64,000 bases of DNA from Candidatus Omnitrophota bacterium (GTDB lineage: Bacteria; Omnitrophota; Gorgyraeia; Gygaellales; Profunditerraquicolaceae), in NCBI GenBank assembly GCA_050012075.1, contig JBEKHW010000004.1:8864-72863 (forward strand), written 5' to 3'. Within the stretch, counting starts at the first letter, position 1; each line of letters begins with the position of its first letter. The notes under the pieces were generated by a model. The model did no database searches, was not told the DNA's origin, and was given only the letters and a program-made list of their open reading frames with translations. A program made the translations under genes and the position numbers. Of this stretch, positions 1 through 9,604 are shown piece by piece.

Positions 1-152
1 GCCGACCTAGCATTCTAACAGAAAAATTATCCCGGCAGCTGGGGATAGAGGTAATTGCTGCCTACGACGGGATGACTTTAGATTTTTCTTGACATAACTC
101 CATAACTATGATAGAGTTAAAAAAATGATACTTAAACCAAAGGAGGTGGAGG

Positions 153-830
153 ATGAGTAGTTGGCAGTTAGTGTTACTGGAGCCAGCGAGAACAATTCTG
201 TCCCAAATCGGAACATTCTTCGCGTTTGTATTACTGGTGCTCATCATACTCCTGATAGGTTGGCTTATATCCAAACTCATCAGGACAGCGGTGACCAAAG
301 GGCTGCGCGCCATAAAGATCGATGAACTTTCCGACCGGATCGAGTTGGATAGCATCCTTGAAAAGGGCGGGATAACCTATTCTCTCTCTGAGTTATTAGG
401 TGTAATATCTTACTGGATCGGTCTTCTAGTCACTTTTATGGTTGCTATCAATGCCGTTGGCCTTACTGTGGCAGCGGACCTTTTAAACAAGATAGTGCTG
501 TATATACCTAATATAGTCGCAGCGGTTTTTATCCTCGTATTAGGTATGTTTGTGGCGGCCCTCTTAAGGAACATCGTCCAGACCGCCGCTAATAATGCGG
601 GTCTGTCGCACGTGAAACTCTTAAGTAAGGCTGTAGAGGTAATCGTGACTGTTTTTGTGGTCCTGGTAGCGCTTGAGCAGCTTAAGATAGGGATTCGCAT
701 TACCGAACTTACCATAGCTGTTATCCTGGGTTCAATAGGCCTGGGATTGGCGTTGGCGTTTGGTTTGGGCTGCAAAGATATAGCAGGACGCGCCGTCAAC
801 GATTTTGTGGATAAACTGAAGAAGAAATAA
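153..830 (+). CDS. Integral membrane protein with repeated TM helices (conserved TM-helix repeat family as found in MscS/MscK-type channels); function unknown
   Basis: 225-aa ORF with the SD AGGAGGTGG upstream. Several hydrophobic helices with repeated internal motifs. No catalytic motif. Confidence 0.45.
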   Translation: MSSWQLVLLEPARTILSQIGTFFAFVLLVLIILLIGWLISKLIRTAVTKGLRAIKIDELSDRIELDSILEKGGITYSLSELLGVISYWIGLLVTFMVAINAVGLTVAADLLNKIVLYIPNIVAAVFILVLGMFVAALLRNIVQTAANNAGLSHVKLLSKAVEVIVTVFVVLVALEQLKIGIRITELTIAVILGSIGLGLALAFGLGCKDIAGRAVNDFVDKLKKK

Positions 831-853
831 GATATTTTTGTATCAGTAAACAA

Positions 854-923
854 TAGCCCCGCACCTTTTCCTTATTCAAGTACTTTAGCTAAATACATGA
901 ATGAGATAAAAGGTGCGGGGCTA
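854..923 (+). other. Stem-loop with a 13-16 bp GC-rich stem (TAGCCCCGCACCTTTT / AAAAGGTGCGGGGCTA) and a ~38-nt loop, followed by ATATTTTT; possible terminator or regulatory hairpin
   Basis: The two arms are perfect inverted repeats, read directly. The same CCCCGCACCTT stem sequence recurs at 63234-63311. Confidence 0.5.
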
Positions 924-934
924 ATATTTTTAAT

Positions 935-1621
935 ATGCATATCCCCGATGGTTACTTAGGCCCTGCTACATCCGGAATTTTTTACGCAATCATGCTGCCT
1001 ATATGGGCGGCTGCTTCAAGGATTGTTAAAAAAACGCTTTCTGCAAAACAAGTTCCGCTTCTGGCAATAGGCGCATCTTTTACCTTCCTGATCATGATGT
1101 TTAATATTCCCATACCAGGCGGTTCAACCGGCCACGCTGTCGGAGGCGTATTGGTTGCGATACTTCTCGGCCCCTGGGCTGCCTGTATTGCCGTAACCGT
1201 TTCCCTTGTTATTCAAGCGCTCCTGTTCGGGGATGGCGGGATTACTGCCATAGGCGCTAATTCTTTTAACATGGCTTTTATAATGCCTTTTACCGGATAT
1301 TTTATTTATAAGGTAATAAGCGCAAAGGCGGGCCTCAAATCTTTACGTAGGACCATAGCAGCTGGTATTGCCGGATACGCAGGTCTTAATCTCGCCGCGT
1401 TATTTACGGCGGTTGAATTCGGCCTGCAGCCCCTTTTACATAAAACCGGGCAGGGCCAGGCGCTTTATTGTCCTTATGGGTTGAATGTAGCCATACCCGT
1501 GATGGCCTTGGAACATTTATTGTTATTCGGTTTTATTGAAGGGATTATAACTGCCCTGGTAGTCAGGTTTTTGCAGCAGCATTCTCCAGGGCTCCTTGAA
1601 GGAAAGCGTGATATTTTATGA
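935..1621 (+). CDS. cbiM: ECF-type cobalt/nickel transporter substrate-capture component CbiM/NikM
   Basis: N-terminus MHIPDGYL is characteristic of CbiM/NikM. Multi-pass membrane protein with 4-bp overlaps to the downstream genes. Confidence 0.85.
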   Translation: MHIPDGYLGPATSGIFYAIMLPIWAAASRIVKKTLSAKQVPLLAIGASFTFLIMMFNIPIPGGSTGHAVGGVLVAILLGPWAACIAVTVSLVIQALLFGDGGITAIGANSFNMAFIMPFTGYFIYKVISAKAGLKSLRRTIAAGIAGYAGLNLAALFTAVEFGLQPLLHKTGQGQALYCPYGLNVAIPVMALEHLLLFGFIEGIITALVVRFLQQHSPGLLEGKRDIL

Positions 1622-1950
1622 AAATCGCAAATAAATTATGGCTGGGGCTAGCGATTTTACTCCTTATTTCACCTTTAGGAATTTTACTGCCGTATTATTT
1701 TAAGGCCGGCGGCGCCTGGGGTGAATGGGGAGTTAGTGAAATGCAGGAACTTGTAGGATATATCCCGAAAGGGATGGGGAAATTGTCATCTTTATGGAAT
1801 GCGCCTATGTCCTATTATTCGTTTAAAGGATGCCAAGAAAAAGGGTTGTTTTGTGCAGCTCTTGCCTATATAATATCCGCAGCGCTAGGGATAGCATTAA
1901 TTATTTTGCTGGTAATGATTCTTGGTAGAATATTAGTAAAAAAAAGGTGA
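1618..1950 (+). CDS. PDGLE-domain small membrane protein (CbiN/NikL-like auxiliary component of the Ni/Co ECF transporter)
   Basis: 110 aa with two TM segments and a GAWGEWG motif typical of PDGLE-domain proteins. Translationally coupled to cbiM. Confidence 0.6.
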   Translation: MKIANKLWLGLAILLLISPLGILLPYYFKAGGAWGEWGVSEMQELVGYIPKGMGKLSSLWNAPMSYYSFKGCQEKGLFCAALAYIISAALGIALIILLVMILGRILVKKR

Positions 1951-1955
1951 AATAA

Positions 1956-2804
1956 GTGTTGAAGAATGGTAATTTTATAGAGCGCTCACTTCTAGGCGCT
2001 CTATATTTTTTGAAAGAATCAGTCCTTGCGGATGAGCACGCCGCAAAAAACGGGTTCTTGCAGGCGGTTCATCCGCGGATAAAGACAATAACTATGATAA
2101 TGTTTATAATCCTTGCTATCCTGGTTAAGCATATCATACTCCTGGTTTTTCTTTACGCGTTATGCCTGACGCTGGCGTATTTATCTTCGGTAAGGTTAGG
2201 TTTATTTATTAAAAGGACATGGATATTTATTCCTTTATTCTCGCTCTTTATCGCTATCCCCGCCGTCTTTAATATTTTTAGCCCGGGTGAGGCAGTAGCA
2301 AGATTCAGTTTCTTAGGGTTAGATTTTATAATTACGAGGCAAGGCATAAACAGCGCTGTTTTATTTGTGATGAGAGTTGCCGTATCCGTTTCCTTTGCCG
2401 TGCTACTTGCTCTTACCACAAGGCATTTTGTGCTGCTTAAGACGCTGCGTGTTTTTGGGGTGCCGCAGGTTTTCGTAATGACTATCGGGATGTGCCACCG
2501 CTACATCTATCTGTTTATAGAAATAATAGAAAATACCTATCTTGCCATTAAGAGCAGGGTAGGTGTGTTAGTCAACCCTAAAAGCGGGCAGAGGATTGTC
2601 GCATGGAATATCGCGCAATTATGGCAACGCTCTTATGTCTTAAGCCAGGATGTATATAATGCCATGCTTTCCCGCGGCTTTAGAGGAGAACCGGTTGTAT
2701 TGCATGAGCCAAGGATGACCCGGGTTGATTTTTCCTGGCTTTTATTTGCTATGTTTATCTTTATTTGCGGCATGTATTTAAATTGGCGCCTGCCTTTATA
2801 TTAA
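1956..2804 (+). CDS. cbiQ: ECF transporter transmembrane (T) component CbiQ
   Basis: 282-aa polytopic membrane protein lying between the CbiM/N genes and the CbiO ATPase, the usual operon position. Confidence 0.75.
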   Translation: MLKNGNFIERSLLGALYFLKESVLADEHAAKNGFLQAVHPRIKTITMIMFIILAILVKHIILLVFLYALCLTLAYLSSVRLGLFIKRTWIFIPLFSLFIAIPAVFNIFSPGEAVARFSFLGLDFIITRQGINSAVLFVMRVAVSVSFAVLLALTTRHFVLLKTLRVFGVPQVFVMTIGMCHRYIYLFIEIIENTYLAIKSRVGVLVNPKSGQRIVAWNIAQLWQRSYVLSQDVYNAMLSRGFRGEPVVLHEPRMTRVDFSWLLFAMFIFICGMYLNWRLPLY

Positions 2805-3623
2805 ATGGAAAACACAATATTTGAGCTTAGGGATATCTCATTTTCTTATTTAGGCAAATACCCTGCCTTGTGCGATATAAACGCCCGGATAGAAAAAGGC
2901 CAGAGGGCAGCACTTCTGGGCGCAAACGGTTCGGGCAAATCTACATTTTTACATATATTGGACGGCCTGATTTTTCCTGATAAGGGTATAATTACGGCTT
3001 TCGGCAGCGAGTTGAATGAAAAGGCATTGAACGACAACGGGTTTTCCCGTTTGTTCAGGCGCAGGGTTGGATTTGTATTCCAGAATCCGGATGTCCAGCT
3101 GTTCTGCCCTAGCGCAAGGGAAGATATCGTCTTTGGGCCGCTAGAGCTTGGTATAGGCGAAGCTGAAACAGAAAGGCGCCTCGGCAAGATAGCGGCACTT
3201 TTACAGATAGAACGCCTCCTTGACAGGCCGCCTCATCAATTAAGTATCGGGGAGAAACGCAAAGTCGCCATAGCTTCTGTCCTGGTAATTGAGCCGGAGG
3301 TGCTATTGCTGGATGAGCCAACGGCAGGGCTTGACCCTGCTACGACCAGGCATATACTTGATTTACTCCTTGAGGCCAATAATTCCGGAAAGACCATTAT
3401 TACGGCAACGCATGATTTGCATTTGCTAGAGGAGATAGCGGATTCTGTTTATGTTTTTAGCCAGGATAAAAGATTAATCAGGACCGGTAATCCCAGAGAA
3501 GTCCTGAAAGATACGCAATTCCTTAAAGAGAACAATCTGCTGCACATTCATTCTCACCGGCATGACGGCACGGTACATATCCATCCGCACGAGCATTTTA
3601 CAGACCACCATCAATCCCCCTAA
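2805..3623 (+). CDS. cbiO: ECF transporter ATPase component CbiO/NikO with a histidine-rich C-terminal tail
   Basis: Walker A GANGSGKST, the ABC signature LSIGEKRKV and Walker B LLLDEPTAGLD are present. The C-terminus reads HIHSHRHDGTVHIHPHEHFTDHHQSP. Confidence 0.85.
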   Translation: MENTIFELRDISFSYLGKYPALCDINARIEKGQRAALLGANGSGKSTFLHILDGLIFPDKGIITAFGSELNEKALNDNGFSRLFRRRVGFVFQNPDVQLFCPSAREDIVFGPLELGIGEAETERRLGKIAALLQIERLLDRPPHQLSIGEKRKVAIASVLVIEPEVLLLDEPTAGLDPATTRHILDLLLEANNSGKTIITATHDLHLLEEIADSVYVFSQDKRLIRTGNPREVLKDTQFLKENNLLHIHSHRHDGTVHIHPHEHFTDHHQSP

Positions 3624-3632
3624 TATAAGCTT

Positions 3633-3661
3633 GACAAACACACTAATCCTATATATCATAT
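3633..3661 (+). promoter_or_regulatory. Putative sigma70 promoter (TTGACA-17-TATCAT) for the AbrB-like gene and efflux operon
   Basis: Read directly as cTTGACAaacacactaatcctataTATCAT, about 30 nt upstream of the ATG at 3692. Confidence 0.35.
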
Positions 3662-3691
3662 TATTCATACATTTCATACTTATCCAAGGAG

Positions 3692-3934
3692 GTGCTAATG
3701 AAAAGTTTTATGAAGGGGAAGTTCTTTGGTTCGGTTACAGTCGGAGAAAGAGGGCAGGTAGTCATACCCGCAGAGGTGAGGAAATCCTTTAAGATTAAAA
3801 CCGGGGATAAATTGATAGTCCTTTGTAAGCCGGATCATGGAATGTTAAATCTTGTGCCGGCAGATAATTTTAACCGGTTTTTAAACGAAGCGGCGAATTT
3901 ACTGTCAAAACTTAAAAAGAAAGCTGTAAAATAA
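3692..3934 (+). CDS. AbrB/MazE/SpoVT-family (looped-hinge helix) DNA-binding protein
   Basis: 80 aa. The segment VTVGERGQVVIPAEVRKSFKIKTGDKLIV matches the SpoVT-AbrB swapped-hairpin domain. Confidence 0.6.
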   Translation: MLMKSFMKGKFFGSVTVGERGQVVIPAEVRKSFKIKTGDKLIVLCKPDHGMLNLVPADNFNRFLNEAANLLSKLKKKAVK

Positions 3935-3940
3935 TCATCC

Positions 3941-5227
3941 ATGGCAAGTAAGTACTCATATTATTTTATAATTTCATTATTATTCCTTGGCTTTATTTGC
4001 CCGGATGCGAGGGCCGAAGAGGCACTTACCTGGCAGGGCTGTATTAAAGAAGCCGCGAAAAACCATCCTGATTTAATCGCGGCGGTAGAAATCGTCAAAC
4101 AATCCGAAGCCAGCAAAAAGATTACCGCAAGCACGTTGTTTCCTCAGGTCAACGCAGAATTAAACGCATCAACAGCAAAAACTCCTAGCGGCGGAGGTTC
4201 ATCAAGTCAAACTGCCGATAGCTACTCTTATGGAGTAACGGGAAGCCAGCTATTGTTTGATGCCGGCAAGACAATTAATAATGTGAGGGCGGCAGGGGAA
4301 AATATAAAGGCTTCTCAACAGGGTTTCAGGTTTACTTCTTCTCAGGTACGCCTGCGGCTCAGGACCGCCTTTGCTAATTTACTTAGCGCGCAAGAATTAA
4401 TCCATGTTACAGAAGAGATCGTCAAGATAAGAAAGGATAATTTAGAACTTATAATGTTACGTTACTTATCCGGATTAGAGCATAAAGGAGCCCTGTTGAC
4501 GGCTGAAGCAAATTTAACCGCTGCTAATTTACAGGTTTCTCAGGCAAAAAGGGATGTTGAGCTGGCGCAAAGGCAGCTGACTAAGGAAATGGGGCGCAAA
4601 GAATTTGTCCCTATGAGCGTAAAAGGAGACTTCGCTGTAGGTAATACTGTAAACGAAAAACCGGATTTAGAAGCTTTAGCTAAAAACCATCCTTCTTTAC
4701 TACAACTCACAGCAGAAAAGAACGCTGCGGAATTCGAGCTTAAATCTACTTATGCAAACTTCTTTCCTACGCTTTCCGGACAGGCGGGCGCAGGTAAAAC
4801 AGATTCACATTGGGCGCCTCAAGGGGATCAATGGAATCTCGGTTTGGCTTTATCAGTTCCTATATTTGAAGGGGGCTTAAGATTCGCGCAGGTATCTCAG
4901 GCAAAAGCCGTTCTGAATCAGTTACAGGCCAATGAAAGAAGCGCACGAGACGGTATTATTGTAAATTTAGAGCAGACCTGGACGGCATTACAAAACGCTA
5001 TTGAAAATATCGGAGTACAAAATAAACAACTAGCTGCTGCTGAAGAGCGGTCAAAAATAGCCGAAGCAGAATTTTCAACAGGCTTTATCACCTATGATAA
5101 CTGGACAATTATTGAGGATAACCTGGTGAGTGCTAAGACTGCCTATTTAAATGCCCAGGCAAATACCTTACTTGCCGAAGCAAACTGGATTCAGGCGAAA
5201 GGAGAGACGTTGGAATATGCGCAATAA
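3941..5227 (+). CDS. TolC-family outer-membrane efflux channel
   Basis: 428 aa with a signal peptide, two tandem coiled-coil/beta-barrel repeats and Gly/Ala/Asn/Gln-rich regions. It lies upstream of a MacAB pair. Confidence 0.8.
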   Translation: MASKYSYYFIISLLFLGFICPDARAEEALTWQGCIKEAAKNHPDLIAAVEIVKQSEASKKITASTLFPQVNAELNASTAKTPSGGGSSSQTADSYSYGVTGSQLLFDAGKTINNVRAAGENIKASQQGFRFTSSQVRLRLRTAFANLLSAQELIHVTEEIVKIRKDNLELIMLRYLSGLEHKGALLTAEANLTAANLQVSQAKRDVELAQRQLTKEMGRKEFVPMSVKGDFAVGNTVNEKPDLEALAKNHPSLLQLTAEKNAAEFELKSTYANFFPTLSGQAGAGKTDSHWAPQGDQWNLGLALSVPIFEGGLRFAQVSQAKAVLNQLQANERSARDGIIVNLEQTWTALQNAIENIGVQNKQLAAAEERSKIAEAEFSTGFITYDNWTIIEDNLVSAKTAYLNAQANTLLAEANWIQAKGETLEYAQ

Positions 5228-6188
5228 AAATTTAAAAATTACTTTTGTTGTCCTGGTTATATTAGCTATCTCGGCATTCGTTGTGTTTAAGATGAGAAGC
5301 AAAGGTTCAAGCAAAGAAATGACAACGGAGATCAGCCCGACTGTCGGCACAATCCAGACTTTTATCTCTACTACGGGGACGGTCTTGCCTAAGAACCGCC
5401 TGGAAGTGAAACCTCCGGTTGGCGGCCGTATTGACAGTATCTTGGTGCAGGAAGGAGAAAATGTAAAAACAGGTCAGATTTTAGCCTGGATGAGTTCTAC
5501 TGAAAGGGCTGCGCTTTTAGATGCTGCAGAGGGTCAGGGTGAAGAACAATTAAAATATTGGAAAGAAGTCTATAAGGCTATACCGTTACTTTCGCCAATA
5601 GACGGACAGGTTATAGTAGCGACAACTCAGCCAGGTCAGACCGTTACTACGACTGATGCAGTAATTGTTCTATCGGATCATCTTATTGTGCGGGCCCAGG
5701 TCGATGAGACTGATATCGGTAAAATAAAGGTTGGGCAAGGGGCAGCTATTACTTTGGATGCATATCCAGAAACAAAAATAAATGCCTCCGTAGAGCATAT
5801 ATATTATGAATCCCAAACTGTAAATAACGTCACTATTTATAATGTTGATTTGTTGCCTGAAAATGTGCCGCCATTTTTCCGTTCAGGGATGAATGCGACT
5901 GTAGATTTCAAGTCAGAAGGTAAAGAAAATGCCTTACTTATTCCAGTTGGCGCAGTGCATAAAGAAAAAGATGCATCTTTTGTTTTATTAAAGCAGGAAG
6001 GCAGCAGAGAGCCGGTTAAGCGCGTTGTCGAATTGGGTATGACCGATGATAAGAATTTCGAAGTCCTTTCCGGCATAGACGCTAACGATAAAATAATCGT
6101 TAAGACAAAGAAATATGCTCTTCCTGGCAGTAGCGTAGGGAGTAATCCATTTATGCCAGCCAGGCAGCAAAAGAAGAAATCAAGCTAA
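5217..6188 (+). CDS. macA: Efflux pump periplasmic adaptor (HlyD/MacA family)
   Basis: An internal ATG with the SD AAAGGAGAG gives MRNKNLKITFVV plus a TM anchor. Lipoyl and beta-barrel adaptor domains follow. The longer ORF from 5151 overlaps TolC, so the 5217 start is preferred. Confidence 0.8.
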   Translation: MRNKNLKITFVVLVILAISAFVVFKMRSKGSSKEMTTEISPTVGTIQTFISTTGTVLPKNRLEVKPPVGGRIDSILVQEGENVKTGQILAWMSSTERAALLDAAEGQGEEQLKYWKEVYKAIPLLSPIDGQVIVATTQPGQTVTTTDAVIVLSDHLIVRAQVDETDIGKIKVGQGAAITLDAYPETKINASVEHIYYESQTVNNVTIYNVDLLPENVPPFFRSGMNATVDFKSEGKENALLIPVGAVHKEKDASFVLLKQEGSREPVKRVVELGMTDDKNFEVLSGIDANDKIIVKTKKYALPGSSVGSNPFMPARQQKKKSS

Positions 6189-6209
6189 AATCACGATAGA
6201 AAGAAAACA

Positions 6210-8180
6210 ATGATAGAAGTAAAAAACTTATATAAAACCTACCAGATGGGGCAGGTTAAAGTAGAGGCCTTACGTAATGTATCGTTAAAGATTGCCTCAG
6301 GCGAGTTTGTCGCGATTATGGGCGCTTCTGGTTCAGGAAAATCTACTTTGATGCATGTTTTGGGGCTTCTGGATAGGGCTGATTCAGGAGAATATTTCTT
6401 GTCAGGAGCAGAAATTACCAAGCTTTCAGATCAGGAATTAGCTTTAGTCAGAAACCGGCTGGTAGGTTTTGTCTTTCAGCAATTTCATTTATTACCAAGG
6501 ATGACCGCTTTGGAAAATGTCGAACTTCCTCTTGTTTATGCCGGTAAGCGCCATATGAAGGAGAAGGCAAGGGAGAAAATTGAGGAGGTCGGTCTTAAGG
6601 AGAGGATGTTTCATCAGCCTAACGAGATGTCCGGGGGTCAGCAACAGAGAGTTGCGATTGCAAGATCCCTGGTAAATGAGCCGCCGATAATCTTTGCAGA
6701 TGAGCCAACGGGTAATCTTGATTCGAAAAGCAAAGAAGAAATAATGGCTGTAATAAAAGAGCTTAATCAGAAAGGTAAAACGGTAGTTATTGTTACTCAT
6801 GAAAGCGAGATTGCCGCTCATGCCAGAAGGATTATTCAGATGCGTGACGGCCAGATTATTTCCGATAAGACTGTTTCTGACGAAACAAAAACCTCCGAAA
6901 TCAGTATCCCGGAAGATTTAATAAAAAATATCTTATCAAAATCCACCGATGCAGTAAAAGGGGGGATAGAATTTTTAGACTATCTTAGGCAGGCAATCTT
7001 TGCTATGTTGGCGCATAAGATGCGCGCATTTCTATCCATCCTTGGCATACTCATAGGCGTAGCTGCTGTTATTGCCATGATCGCTTTGGGCAGCGGAGCT
7101 CAGAAATCAATAGAGCAACAGCTGGCTTCATTGGGCTCTAACCTTTTGTTAGTCAGGCCCGGCTCTCCTAAGGTAGGAGGGATAGCCATGCAGGCCACAA
7201 CTACTCGGTTTACTTTCCAGGACCTAACGGCGATTTCCAAGCTTACAGACATGATAAAATATATCAGTCCTTCAGTAACCGGCCGGGCGCAAATCGTCTA
7301 TGGAAATAAAAACTGGAATACTCAGGTCGAAGGCGTAGGGGTAGATTATGAACAATTGCGCGTTACTACTCCTGCAGTCGGAAGGTTCTTTACGGATCAA
7401 GAAGTAAAAATGAGAAATAAGGTGGTTTTACTTGGAATGACTGTTGTACGCGAGCTTTTCGGAGATACTAATCCCATCGGAGAAACCATAAAAATAAATT
7501 TGATTAATGTTAAGGTTATTGGGATTTTGCCCCAGAAAGGCGCAACGGGGTTTCGTGATCAGGATGATACCGTTATTGTTCCCATAACTACTGCAATGTA
7601 TAGGCTTTTGGGGAAACAATATATTGATCAAATTTACGTTGAAGCAAAATCACCGGATTTAGTGGATACGGCACAGGATGCAATAACGCAAACGCTTGTA
7701 AAACAACATCATATAAATCCAAAAGATGCAGATGATGCATTCCAAATACGCAATATGTCTGATATTAAGGCAGCGATGGAATCAAGCACTAAAACCATGA
7801 GTTTATTATTGGGTTGTATTGCCGCAATTTCTCTTTTGGTAGGCGGAATAGGGATTATGAATATTATGCTTGTTTCAGTAACCGAACGCACTCGAGAAAT
7901 TGGTTTAAGAAAAGCAATAGGGGCAAGCAATAAAGATATCATGGTACAATTCCTTATTGAGGCGGTGTTGATGTCATTTATTGGGGGTGTAGCAGGCATT
8001 ATCTTAGGGATAGGTATTTCTATTGTGATCACCGTATTTAGTGGATGGGCAGTAATAATTTCTTTATTTCCCGTAGTCCTGGCGACAACATTCTCCCTAG
8101 TTGTTGGAATAGTATTTGGACTTTGGCCTGCCCAAAAGGCCTCCAAGCTCGATCCTATCGAGGCCTTAAGATACGAATAA
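6210..8180 (+). CDS. macB: MacB-type ABC transporter (fused ATPase + FtsX-like permease)
   Basis: The N-terminal ABC domain has GASGSGKST, LSGGQQQRVAIARSL and IIFADEPTGNLD. The C-terminus has a 4-TM FtsX permease with a large periplasmic loop. Confidence 0.85.
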   Translation: MIEVKNLYKTYQMGQVKVEALRNVSLKIASGEFVAIMGASGSGKSTLMHVLGLLDRADSGEYFLSGAEITKLSDQELALVRNRLVGFVFQQFHLLPRMTALENVELPLVYAGKRHMKEKAREKIEEVGLKERMFHQPNEMSGGQQQRVAIARSLVNEPPIIFADEPTGNLDSKSKEEIMAVIKELNQKGKTVVIVTHESEIAAHARRIIQMRDGQIISDKTVSDETKTSEISIPEDLIKNILSKSTDAVKGGIEFLDYLRQAIFAMLAHKMRAFLSILGILIGVAAVIAMIALGSGAQKSIEQQLASLGSNLLLVRPGSPKVGGIAMQATTTRFTFQDLTAISKLTDMIKYISPSVTGRAQIVYGNKNWNTQVEGVGVDYEQLRVTTPAVGRFFTDQEVKMRNKVVLLGMTVVRELFGDTNPIGETIKINLINVKVIGILPQKGATGFRDQDDTVIVPITTAMYRLLGKQYIDQIYVEAKSPDLVDTAQDAITQTLVKQHHINPKDADDAFQIRNMSDIKAAMESSTKTMSLLLGCIAAISLLVGGIGIMNIMLVSVTERTREIGLRKAIGASNKDIMVQFLIEAVLMSFIGGVAGIILGIGISIVITVFSGWAVIISLFPVVLATTFSLVVGIVFGLWPAQKASKLDPIEALRYE

Positions 8181-8214
8181 TCTTTATTTTTTACAAGGGG
8201 AATGAACTTCTAAA

Positions 8215-9519
8215 ATGAGTAAGATGTTGTTTACCAGGGATAGATTGAAAGTTATTTTCCGCACCCTGCGTTACAGGAATTACCGGCTATTTTTTGGCGG
8301 ACAAACCATATCTTTAACCGGCACTTGGATACAGCAGGTGGCAGTGGGCTGGCTCGTTTATCGCCTGACAAACTCTCCATTTTTATTGGGGATTGTAGGG
8401 TTCGTGGGGCAGGTGCCTACTTTTTTGTTTTCGCCTTTTGCGGGGGTCTTTGCGGACAGGCATAACCGCAGGAATATGCTGGTTATAACCCAGGCCCTTT
8501 CAATGGTACAGGCATTAATCTTGGCCATACTTCTTTTAACCGGCCACATCCAGGTCTGGCATATTGTCGTCTTAAGCGCAGCCCTTGGGATAATTAATTC
8601 TTTTGATATTCCGATACGCCAGGCCTTTACTGTGGAGATGATAGAAAACAGGGAAGATTTAAGCAATGCGATAGCGCTGAATTCATCTATGGTAAATGGG
8701 GCGAGGCTCATAGGCCCGTCCATAGCGGGAATACTGATTGCGACTGTTGGCGAGGGCGCCTGTTTTCTTCTGAATGCGGCTAGCTATATCGCGGTTATTG
8801 CGTCTTTGTTAGCGATGAAGGTCGCTCAAAAGGAAATTAAATCGCAGAACAGGCATATTTTTATGGAGTTAAAAGATGGCTTCAATTACGCTTTTCATTT
8901 CTCTCCTATCAGGATAATCCTTCTGCTTCTGGCGCTGGTCAGCCTCATGGGTGTACCCTACCAAGTATTAATGCCGGTTTTTGCCAAGGATATTTTCCAT
9001 GGCGGGCCGAATACCCTGGGATTTCTCGTCGCAATGAGCGGGATGGGGGCGTTGGCGGGGGCAATTTATCTGGCTGCCAGAAGAAATATCTTCGGATTAG
9101 ACAGGGTCATTGCTTTGTCTGCCGTTATTTTTGGCATCGGAATTATCGTATTCTCGGCGTCGCGCGTTTTATGGTTTTCTATGCTCGTATTGTTATTCAG
9201 CGGTTTTGGGATGATGGTCCAGATGGCATCAAGCAATACGATATTACAGACAATAGTTGATGAAGATAAGCGCGGAAGAGTGATGAGCTTTTATACAATG
9301 TCTTTCATGGGTATGTCGCCTTTTGGCAGCTTATTGGCAGGCAGCCTTGCCAGTAAAATAGGCGCTCCCGATACATTATTGATTGGCGGATTGTGTTGTA
9401 TTGTCGGGGCAATCATATTTTTCTTCAAACTTCCCTCCATAAGAACCAAAGTCCACGCGATCTACGCAAGTAAAGGTATTATCCCTGAGATAGCCAAAGG
9501 GATCCAATCGGCTGGATAA
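8215..9519 (+). CDS. MFS transporter
   Basis: 434 aa with 12 predicted TM helices and the MFS-like motif GVFADRHNRR after TM2. Confidence 0.7.
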   Translation: MSKMLFTRDRLKVIFRTLRYRNYRLFFGGQTISLTGTWIQQVAVGWLVYRLTNSPFLLGIVGFVGQVPTFLFSPFAGVFADRHNRRNMLVITQALSMVQALILAILLLTGHIQVWHIVVLSAALGIINSFDIPIRQAFTVEMIENREDLSNAIALNSSMVNGARLIGPSIAGILIATVGEGACFLLNAASYIAVIASLLAMKVAQKEIKSQNRHIFMELKDGFNYAFHFSPIRIILLLLALVSLMGVPYQVLMPVFAKDIFHGGPNTLGFLVAMSGMGALAGAIYLAARRNIFGLDRVIALSAVIFGIGIIVFSASRVLWFSMLVLLFSGFGMMVQMASSNTILQTIVDEDKRGRVMSFYTMSFMGMSPFGSLLAGSLASKIGAPDTLLIGGLCCIVGAIIFFFKLPSIRTKVHAIYASKGIIPEIAKGIQSAG

Positions 9520-9604
9520 CAGCCTACCCGTATTTTAATTGAGATTTTACGCAGTTGTTATATAATAAATTCCTTACGCACAAACAACCATCTCTTAATT
9601 AAGT

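Noticed and set aside
410-853. Minus-strand ORFs antisense to annotated genes (e.g. 410-853, 44766-45398, 58689-59174, 62524-62928)
   Set aside because: Each lies wholly inside a well-supported + strand gene with clear family motifs. They have compositionally biased translations (Ser/Arg/Pro-rich) typical of antisense frames.
840-934. Possible cobalamin or NiCo riboswitch upstream of cbiM
   Set aside because: There is no B12-box (GCCACTG-like) or other conserved riboswitch core. The region is a single long-loop hairpin followed by a T-run and is better explained as a terminator or shared stem-loop element.
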